From an uncultured Phascolarctobacterium sp. (lineage in GTDB: Bacteria; Bacillota; Negativicutes; Acidaminococcales; Acidaminococcaceae): a DNA stretch of 24,000 nt. The DNA is taken from contig NZ_CAAGLX010000021.1 in assembly GCF_900770955.1 (NCBI RefSeq), positions 85,631-109,630 of the forward strand, given 5' to 3'. Both the position numbers and the translations under genes were made by a program. Shown here piece by piece: positions 9,550-16,030 of the stretch (position 1 is its first letter; the number at the start of each line of letters is the position of its first letter). The notes beneath the pieces were generated by a model. That model worked only from the letters and a program-made list of their open reading frames with translations, made no database searches and was not told where the DNA came from.

Positions 9550-10473
9550 ATGGAGATTATTACTTCTTTAGAACAACTGCATAAATTTTCCGCTCCCTGT
9601 GTGGTAGCATTGGGTACCTTTGACGGCCTGCACCGTGGTCATCTTGATGTAATAGAAACTGCACGGGAAAGGGCGCGTGAATGCAATTCCAAGCTGGCTG
9701 TCTTTACCTTCAGCAACCATCCCTATGAATGGATTCGTCCGGGTATGGTGCCGCCGGCGCTGATAACAGGCGCGCAAAAGCAGGAGCTTTTGCAGCAGCT
9801 TGGCGTGGACGTGCTGGTGGACATTCCCTTTAATCAGCAGGTGGCCGACCTGTCGCCGCAGGAATTCCTGCAGCGTCTGCAGCAGCTTGATTACAGATGT
9901 CTTGTAGTAGGCGCCAACTTTACCTATGGCTGCCGCGGACAGGGCACTGTCTATACGCTGGCTGCCTCTGCCAAAGCCATGGGCTTTGAGCTGATTGTGC
10001 GCGAGCTGGTAAGCAAGGGCGCAACTGTTATCAGCAGTACCGCTATCCGTCAGCTGATTGCTGCAGGCGAGGTGGCAGAGGCTGCCGACATGCTGGGGCG
10101 CAGCTACAGCATCAGCGGCATGGTGGCGCACGGCAACGAGCGTGGCAGACTGCTGGGATATCCTACAGCTAACATTGAGCTGGAGGCTGCCAATGTTGCG
10201 ATTCCTCTGGGGGGAGTGTATGCTGTGCGGGTACTGGTGAATGGCGCAAGCTATCACGGCATGGCTAATATTGGCTATAACCCGACCTTTGGCGATTTAG
10301 CCAAACCGCGTCTGGAAACGAATATTTTTGATTTTACCGGGGACCTTTACGGTAAGCAGCTCACAGTACAGTTTGTGCAGCGCATCCGCGGCGAAGTAAA
10401 ATTTGCCGGCATTGAACAGCTGAAGCAGCAGCTGGCGCAGGATAAGCATGACTGTGAAGCAGCATTGCGGTAA
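9550..10473 (+). CDS. ribF: Bifunctional riboflavin kinase / FAD synthetase
   Basis: N-terminal GTFDGLHRGH nucleotidyltransferase motif. The C-terminal riboflavin kinase region carries GYPTANI and NPTFG. Confidence 0.93.
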   Translation: MEIITSLEQLHKFSAPCVVALGTFDGLHRGHLDVIETARERARECNSKLAVFTFSNHPYEWIRPGMVPPALITGAQKQELLQQLGVDVLVDIPFNQQVADLSPQEFLQRLQQLDYRCLVVGANFTYGCRGQGTVYTLAASAKAMGFELIVRELVSKGATVISSTAIRQLIAAGEVAEAADMLGRSYSISGMVAHGNERGRLLGYPTANIELEAANVAIPLGGVYAVRVLVNGASYHGMANIGYNPTFGDLAKPRLETNIFDFTGDLYGKQLTVQFVQRIRGEVKFAGIEQLKQQLAQDKHDCEAALR

Positions 10474-10508
10474 AGCAAACAGTTTTTATAAAAAACTTTA
10501 CAAAACAC

Positions 10509-10538
10509 TTGCTATCAGGTGGCAAGATATGGTATACT
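10509..10538 (+). promoter_or_regulatory. Promoter for rpsO
   Basis: TTGCTA (10509-10514), an 18-nt spacer ending in TGG (extended -10), then TATACT (10533-10538). This leaves a leader of about 85 nt before rpsO. Confidence 0.5.
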
Positions 10539-10627
10539 ATCATAGTATTTGAACCAAGGCCTGGCAGTTCGATTCTCCAACGGCTGCTACGCTTATGGCA
10601 ATTTGAATTTTTAGGAGGAAACAAACA

Positions 10628-10894
10628 ATGTTAACTAGCGAAGCTAAACAAGCAGTAATTCTGGCAAACGCACGTCATGAAGGTGACACCGGTTCTTCTG
10701 AGGTACAAATCGCAGTTCTGACCGAACGCATCAAATATTTGACCGAGCATCTGAAAGAGCACAAAAAAGACCATCATTCCCGTCGCGGCCTGTTGAAACT
10801 GGTAGGTAAACGTCGTGGCCTGCTGAACTACCTGGCTGGCAAAGACATCGAGCGCTATCGTGCAATCATTGCTAAACTGGGTATCCGTAAATAA
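10628..10894 (+). CDS. rpsO: 30S ribosomal protein S15
   Basis: AGGAGG RBS, 88 aa, with the signature [29 protein letters not shown]. Confidence 0.97.
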   Translation: MLTSEAKQAVILANARHEGDTGSSEVQIAVLTERIKYLTEHLKEHKKDHHSRRGLLKLVGKRRGLLNYLAGKDIERYRAIIAKLGIRK

Positions 10895-10912
10895 TCCGGT
10901 TTATGCTGAAAA

Positions 10913-10939
10913 GTCCGTCCGTAAGGGCGGGCTTTTTTT
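10913..10939 (+). terminator. Rho-independent terminator of rpsO
   Basis: GTCCGTCC-gtaa-GGGCGGGC forms 8 bp including two G-U pairs, followed directly by TTTTTTT. Confidence 0.85.
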
Positions 10940-11147
10940 GTGCTTGTTTTACTTTCCGGCAATTTATTTATTTTTTTGTTTAGTGAAGGTCAGATAGTCA
11001 CTTTGTTAAACCAAGGTTTAGAAATATCAATTTTTATACTTAGGGTTATCTTGACATTAGCCCCCAAGTTTGGAAGGTTAGAGATGCCTTCTATGTGCCT
11101 TACGAGTTTCATACCTAATAGCTCAAGAACCAGTTACACCACCGCTC

Positions 11148-11176
11148 TAGACTAAAGCCTAAAGCAGTGGTATAAT
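11148..11176 (+). promoter_or_regulatory. Candidate plus-strand promoter reading antisense into the small ORF and hammerhead region
   Basis: TAGACT (11148-11153), a 17-nt spacer ending in TGG, then TATAAT (11171-11176). A second TATAAT lies at 11182-11187. Confidence 0.35.
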
Positions 11177-11207
11177 AATAGTATAATGGTCTTAGGAACT
11201 CAGGTGC

Positions 11208-11339
11208 CTACTTGCAATCGCTAAAACATTCAACGATTATTATTGCCAAAACCGCACCCAGGCAAGATGCAGCAGCAATAACTTCATTGAAGAATAAAGC
11301 ATCCAGGTAGGTGCCGAGACCTATCAAGATGAATTCCAT
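11208..11339 (-). CDS. Hypothetical 43-aa hydrophobic peptide (below the ORF-track cutoff)
   Basis: My own translation is MEFILIGLGTYLDALFFNEVIAAASCLGAVLAIIIVECFSDCK*. GGAG lies 9 nt upstream of the ATG. There are two hydrophobic stretches. I recognise no homology, so the coding status is unproven. Confidence 0.3.
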   Translation of the reverse strand: MEFILIGLGTYLDALFFNEVIAAASCLGAVLAIIIVECFSDCK

Positions 11340-11388
11340 AGAAGTCATCTCCGTTCTTCCAAAGACGAGTGTATTTTAACTGAATGAA

Positions 11389-11451
11389 CCCCGTTTCGTC
11401 TTAATCTTCCAAGACTCATCAGCGCCGTTTATCGTTAATCGGCGGACAGGA
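11389..11451 (-). ncRNA. Type III hammerhead ribozyme (candidate)
   Basis: The minus strand reads uCCUGUC|CGCCG-auuaacgauaaa-CGGCG-CUGAUGA-GUCUU-ggaagauu-AAGAC-GAAAC-GGGG. It has a GUC cleavage triplet, a 5-bp stem I hairpin and an intact CUGAUGA box. Stem II is 5 bp with the G10.1-C11.1 pair, the GAAA box is intact, and stem III (ACGGGG/UCCUGU) closes with 6 pairs including two G-U. Confidence 0.7.
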
Positions 11452-11463
11452 AAAACTAGAATT

Positions 11464-11501
11464 ATGCCCCTTACTAGACAATAAAATCTAGCAAGGGGCA
11501 T
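11464..11501. other. Long hairpin immediately 5' (in minus sense) of the hammerhead
   Basis: ATGCCCCTT (11464-11472) pairs with AAGGGGCAT (11493-11501), with an inner CTAGA/TCTAG stem. U-rich sequence follows on the plus strand (TAAATTTATTT). On the minus strand a U5 run lies 8 nt away. It could terminate a plus-strand antisense RNA. Confidence 0.4.
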
Positions 11502-11710
11502 TAAATTTATTTGGACCTCCAAAACAGTGGCTAAAGTCAAACCACCGGGGGCGGAAACGCAACCCTAAAAAATATATTTTTATATATTTTCCTTCTGTCA
11601 AAAGTTACCTAAAATTTTCAGATAACTTATCAAAACAAAAATAATCGCGCCCGCTTTATTTATAGACGCGATTAATTGCTTATACAGAGAGAGCAATAGA
11701 ATTCCATCGT

Positions 11711-11760
11711 TATAATAAAAATAAGGATTCACTTCCGATTTACTTGCGAAGTGAATCCTT
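11711..11760 (-). terminator. Terminator of the HTH gene (bidirectional hairpin)
   Basis: A perfect 13-bp stem, AAGGATTCACTTC (11723-11735) with GAAGTGAATCCTT (11748-11760), abuts the stop codon. T-runs follow on both strands. Confidence 0.7.
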
Positions 11761-11959
11761 ATTTTTTGTTTGTTAAGCCTAAAATGTAATCCGTGGATGT
11801 GTTATGAAATTTAGCCAAGGCAATGAGTATATCTGTCGGTATATCACGCTCGCCTTTTTCATAGTTGCTGTAGACTCTTTGTGAGCAGTTAAGGATTTCA
11901 GCCATTTGTGTTTGCGTCATATCCTTGTCCTCACGTAAGTCGCGAATGCGCTGATACAT
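11759..11959 (-). CDS. XRE-family helix-turn-helix transcriptional regulator (66 aa)
   Basis: MYQRIRDLREDKDMTQTQMAEILNCSQRVYSNYEKGERDIPTDILIALAKFHNTSTDYILGL is a textbook HTH_3/Cro-C1 pattern. An alternative GTG start lies at 11968 (track). The gene is divergent from the four-gene operon. Confidence 0.85.
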   Translation of the reverse strand: MYQRIRDLREDKDMTQTQMAEILNCSQRVYSNYEKGERDIPTDILIALAKFHNTSTDYILGLTNKK

Positions 11960-12008
11960 TGTTATCACCCAATAACATTATAGAAAGAGATGGCACTTCA
12001 ACTTGCTA

Positions 12009-12029
12009 TTTAGCGCAAATTGCGCTAAA
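12009..12029. promoter_or_regulatory. Perfect 10-1-10 palindrome, candidate operator
   Basis: TTTAGCGCAA-A-TTGCGCTAAA lies 27 nt upstream (in minus-strand sense) of the minus-strand TATAAT at 11977-11982. That TATAAT would drive the HTH gene. Confidence 0.5.
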
Positions 12030-12043
12030 ATCAAAATAGAAAA

Positions 12044-12061
12044 GTATTAGCTTGCTAATAC
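12044..12061. promoter_or_regulatory. Second palindrome (8-2-8), candidate operator
   Basis: GTATTAGC-TT-GCTAATAC shares the TTAGC/GCTAA half-site with the first palindrome, but at a different spacing. Confidence 0.4.
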
Positions 12062-12094
12062 GCCAGGCAAAACACACTCGATGTGTGCTTTTGC

Positions 12095-12122
12095 TTGACT
12101 GGGGGGGACAACAGTGTATCAT
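12095..12122 (+). promoter_or_regulatory. Candidate promoter of the four-gene operon with a G7 tract in the spacer
   Basis: TTGACT (12095-12100), a 16-nt spacer beginning GGGGGGG (12101-12107), then TATCAT (12117-12122). A TATAAT follows at 12123-12128. Confidence 0.4.
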
Positions 12123-12182
12123 TATAATAAGTTATTGACAAATTTTTAATACATGAACAATTAACGGAGCTGACTTGGGAAA

Positions 12183-15100
12183 ATGAAGTTTATTAACAAT
12201 GTTAATGAAACATTAAGAGATGATATGGCCGCAGAAATGAAAAAGGGCAGTAAGCTGTCTATCGCTGCTGCCTATTTTTCTATCTATGCGTTTGAAGCGT
12301 TGCGCAAAGAACTGAGTAATATCGACGAATTGCGTTTTATTTTTACTGATCCTACATTTATTCAGAAGGAGAACAGCAAAAAGGAAAAGCGTGAGTTTTA
12401 TATTCCTAAATTAAAGCGCGAGCGTGGCATTTACGGTACGGAATTTGAAGTGAAGCTACGCAATGAATTGAACCAAAAGGCTATTGCCAGGGAATGTGCA
12501 AATTGGGTTAAGAAGAAGGTTATGTTTAAATCCAATGTAGGCAATAAGGATATTACGGATAAGTTTATTTTGCTGGATGACAAGGCATATTTTCCTGTTA
12601 ACGGCTTTACAACCGTTGATTTAGGCTGTGAGCAGGGTAATAACATGGGAACTAACATCGCGAAGGTTGCAAGCCCCATGTCGTTGACGCTGATAGAGCA
12701 GTTTGAAAAGCTCTGGCAGAATAATGAAGAGTTACAGGATGTAACTGACAAGGTAATAAGCAGTATCAGCTCTGCTTATAACGAAAATGCTCCGGAGTTT
12801 ATATATTTTGTGACGTTATATAATATTTTCCATGAATTTCTTGACGATATCAGCGAGGATGAACTGCCGAATGAGCGCACAGGCTTTAAAAACAGTAAAA
12901 TCTGGAGCATGCTCTTTAATTTTCAACGTGATGCAGCGCTTGGCATCATCAACAAGCTGGAAAAATATAATGGCTGTATTTTGGCAGACAGTGTAGGCTT
13001 GGGCAAAACCTTTACGGCTTTGGCTGTTATTAAATATTACGAGGGGCGCAATAAAAGTGTGCTTGTTTTGTGTCCGAAAAAGCTGGCAGACAACTGGAAT
13101 ACCTATCGTGCCAACTACAAAAATAATCCTATTGCTGCAGACCGTTTAGGTTACGATGTTTTGTATCACACGGATTTGCTGCGTAAGCATGGCTACAGCG
13201 GTTCCCTTGATTTAAGCAAGATTAACTGGAGCAATTATGATTTGGTCGTTATAGATGAATCGCATAATTTCCGTAACGGCGGTGCGTTTAGTGATGACGA
13301 AAAAGAAAATCGCTATACGGTGCTTATGAACAAGGTTATTCGCGAGGGTGTGCAGACAAAGGTGCTGATGCTTTCGGCTACGCCGGTAAATAACCGCTTT
13401 AATGATTTGAAAAATCAGCTGCAATTAGCCTATGAAGGAGATAGCAGCAAAATAAACGATAAGCTGGATACGAAAAGCTCGATTGAAGATATTTTCCGCA
13501 ATGCGCAGGCAGCATACAACCAGTGGTCGAAGCTGTTGCCGGAAGAGCGTACCTTGCAAAAGCTGTTGGAGCATCTGAGCTATGATTTCTTCACGCTTTT
13601 GGATTCTGTAACTATTGCGCGCTCGCGTAAGCATATTACCAAGTATTACGATACCAAAGATATCGGTAACTTTCCGGAGCGCAAAACGCCGCTGTCTTTC
13701 CGTCCTGCGTTGGTTACGGATGGCTCGGTAAATTACAGCGAGATTTTTGCCAAGTTGGATGAGCTGGAGCTTTCGGTGTATACGCCTACGGAGTTTATCC
13801 TGAACAGCCGTCAGCAAAAATATGCAGCACTTTTTGACGATAACAAGGTTAATACCGGTTTCACGCAGTCGAACCGTGAGCGCGGTATTCGCCGCTTAAT
13901 GGCGATAAATATTTTGAAGCGTATGGAAAGCTCGGTGTATTCCTTCAGGCTGACTGTTATAAGAGTACGGGCGAGAATCGCTGCAGTTTTAGATAAAATT
14001 TATCGCTATACACAGCACAGGCTCGCAAATGCACAGATTGAATCAGGTGCGGATATAGACACAACTGATTTTGATATGGAAGAGGAAAGCTTTACCGTAG
14101 GCAAAAAGGTGCCTATTTCGCTGGCAGATATGGATATTGTAAGCTGGGCAAATAGCCTGCAGCGTGACAAGGAGCGTTTGGATGAGCTGCTTGGCCTGGT
14201 GCAGGGCATAACGCCTGAGCAGGATAATAAGCTGCATGAGCTGCTGACGCTTATTGATAATAAAATTCAGCATCCTCTGAATGCAGGCAATAAGAAAATT
14301 ATCATCTTTACGGCTTTTACCGATACAGCACAGTATCTTTATGAGCATGTAAGTGCTTATGCCAAAGAAAAATTTGGCCTAGACACTGCTATGATTACCG
14401 GTACAGTTGATGGCAGGTCTACAATTCCTGAATTGAGATGTGATTTTAACACCGTGCTGACCTGCTTTGCGCCTTTGGCCAAGGATAAAGCGCTGTTGTT
14501 CCCGGAAGATAACAATGAGATAGATATTCTGATTGCGACAGATTGTATTTCCGAAGGCCAGAACCTGCAGGATTGCGATTATTTGGTTAATTACGATATT
14601 CACTGGAACCCGGTGCGTATAATCCAGCGCTTTGGGCGTATTGACCGTATTGGCAGCAAGAACGCTTATATTCAACTGGTCAATTTTTGGCCTGATGTTG
14701 ATTTAGATGAATACATAGATTTGAAAAGTCGCGTTGAAAGCCGTATGAAGGCGGTGGATTTGACAGCGACGGCAGATGACAACCTGCTGAGTAATAATGA
14801 AAAGCTGGATTTGCAATACCGCAAGCAACAGCTTAAGCAATTGCAAAAAGAGGTTGTTGATATCGAGGATATGGGTACAGGTATTTCCATCATGGATTTG
14901 GGCTTGAATGAATTCCGCCTGGATTTACTGGAATATATCAAGACGCATGGCGAGCTGGATAAAACACCCTTCGGCCTGCATGCCGTTGTACCTGCGAGTG
15001 AGGAATGTCCTCCGGGTGTAATTTACGTGCTGAAAAACTGCACGGATAACATAAATATAGACAGAAAAAATCTTCTGCATCCGTTTTACGCCGTATATAT

Positions 15101-15419
15101 TGGCGAGGATGGCGAGATTATCTGCAACCATCTGGCGCCGAAAAAGCTGCTGGACAAGCTGCGCTTTACCTGCCGTGGCAAGGACAAGCCTTTGACGGAT
15201 TTGTGCAATGAGTTTAACAAGGTGACGGATGACGGCAGAAATATGGGTGTTTATTCCCGGCTTTTGGAGGATGCTATTGCTTCCATAATCAACGTGAAGG
15301 ATGCAGACGATGTGGACAGCTTCCTGAGCGGTGAGGAAATCAGCTTCTTTGACAACAGTATTAAAGGACTGGATGATTTTGAACTGATTTGTTTCCTCGT
15401 TGTGCGGGGTGAGCAGTGA
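12183..15419 (+). CDS. SNF2-family helicase with N-terminal PLD-like domain lacking the catalytic His
   Basis: SNF2 motifs: ILADSVGLGKT (about 12979-13010), DLVVIDESHNFRN (DESH at 13254-13265), LMLSATPVNN, KIIIFTAFTDT, and ATDCISEGQNLQDCDYLVNYDIHWNPVRIIQRFGRIDRIGS. The N-terminus (LSIAAAYFSIYAFEAL..., TDKFILLD) has a PLD/HKD-like layout. Confidence 0.9.
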   Translation: MKFINNVNETLRDDMAAEMKKGSKLSIAAAYFSIYAFEALRKELSNIDELRFIFTDPTFIQKENSKKEKREFYIPKLKRERGIYGTEFEVKLRNELNQKAIARECANWVKKKVMFKSNVGNKDITDKFILLDDKAYFPVNGFTTVDLGCEQGNNMGTNIAKVASPMSLTLIEQFEKLWQNNEELQDVTDKVISSISSAYNENAPEFIYFVTLYNIFHEFLDDISEDELPNERTGFKNSKIWSMLFNFQRDAALGIINKLEKYNGCILADSVGLGKTFTALAVIKYYEGRNKSVLVLCPKKLADNWNTYRANYKNNPIAADRLGYDVLYHTDLLRKHGYSGSLDLSKINWSNYDLVVIDESHNFRNGGAFSDDEKENRYTVLMNKVIREGVQTKVLMLSATPVNNRFNDLKNQLQLAYEGDSSKINDKLDTKSSIEDIFRNAQAAYNQWSKLLPEERTLQKLLEHLSYDFFTLLDSVTIARSRKHITKYYDTKDIGNFPERKTPLSFRPALVTDGSVNYSEIFAKLDELELSVYTPTEFILNSRQQKYAALFDDNKVNTGFTQSNRERGIRRLMAINILKRMESSVYSFRLTVIRVRARIAAVLDKIYRYTQHRLANAQIESGADIDTTDFDMEEESFTVGKKVPISLADMDIVSWANSLQRDKERLDELLGLVQGITPEQDNKLHELLTLIDNKIQHPLNAGNKKIIIFTAFTDTAQYLYEHVSAYAKEKFGLDTAMITGTVDGRSTIPELRCDFNTVLTCFAPLAKDKALLFPEDNNEIDILIATDCISEGQNLQDCDYLVNYDIHWNPVRIIQRFGRIDRIGSKNAYIQLVNFWPDVDLDEYIDLKSRVESRMKAVDLTATADDNLLSNNEKLDLQYRKQQLKQLQKEVVDIEDMGTGISIMDLGLNEFRLDLLEYIKTHGELDKTPFGLHAVVPASEECPPGVIYVLKNCTDNINIDRKNLLHPFYAVYIGEDGEIICNHLAPKKLLDKLRFTCRGKDKPLTDLCNEFNKVTDDGRNMGVYSRLLEDAIASIINVKDADDVDSFLSGEEISFFDNSIKGLDDFELICFLVVRGEQ

Positions 15420-16030
15420 TGTTAGGCTTACCGCAGACTACAGAAGTTAAGAAGATTATCCCTAAACGTGCCTTATACAGCAAGTTTGAAATGAATACAG
15501 CGGAGCAGAAGGAGTTTGACGCAGCCATCAGGCAGATGAGCATTGTCAACGAAATTTCCTTGCGTACAATTCCTGCTTTGCAGAAAAAAGAAGAGAACAA
15601 AGCAATCTTTGTTCTTGCCGTACAGCTGAAGCAGGAGGGGTGCGCGGAAAGGCTTTTGCAAAGGCTGTGCAGGCTGATTGACCAGCGCTTGCTGTTAGCG
15701 CTTTGCTATGAAGATAAGCTGCAGCTGGCACTGTATTTCGATAACAGAATATTGCTCAATGAATTTATGCTTGCAAGCGAGCAGCAAGTGCACTTGCAAG
15801 GCACAAGCCTAAACGATATTTGGGAGCACTTAGCTCTGCAGGTGGCGCAATTAACGCCACGTGCAGGGCTTACACCTGCTTCTGTAATTGCCAACGCCGG
15901 CAGGCGGGCAGAAGCAGAAGCACAGATAGCAGCGCTGATGAAGAAAATGTTTGCGGAAAAGCAGGCACGCAAAAAACTGACCTTGCGTGAAGCAATAAAC
16001 AAGCTGAAAAAAGAACTGGAGGATTTATAA
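15416..16030 (+). CDS. Hypothetical protein, DUF4391-like (assignment from memory, unverified)
   Basis: The GTG at 15416 and ATG at 15419 overlap the upstream TGA (GTGATG). The 204-aa product has the N-terminal pattern LPQTTEVKKIIPKRALYSKF and a C-terminal charged coiled-coil-like tail (RRAEAEAQIAALMKKMFAEKQARKKLTLREAINKLKKELEDL). I see no catalytic motif. Confidence 0.6.
   Translation: MMLGLPQTTEVKKIIPKRALYSKFEMNTAEQKEFDAAIRQMSIVNEISLRTIPALQKKEENKAIFVLAVQLKQEGCAERLLQRLCRLIDQRLLLALCYEDKLQLALYFDNRILLNEFMLASEQQVHLQGTSLNDIWEHLALQVAQLTPRAGLTPASVIANAGRRAEAEAQIAALMKKMFAEKQARKKLTLREAINKLKKELEDL

Noticed and set aside
10560-10600. TTCGATTC, a tRNA T-loop-like string in the rpsO leader that might have marked a tRNA-derived att site
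   Set aside because: The flanking bases cannot form a T-stem or acceptor stem. It more likely belongs to an S15 autoregulatory leader structure, which I cannot assign to a known class by eye.
10940-11155. 71-aa plus-strand ORF right after the rpsO terminator
   Set aside because: It starts inside the terminator T-run with a non-ATG start and no RBS. It sits in AT-rich sequence and gives a low-complexity product.
15925-15950. A second CTGATGA box on the plus strand
   Set aside because: There is no stem II, no GAAA box and no cleavage-site helices around it. It lies inside a coding region and is a chance heptamer.
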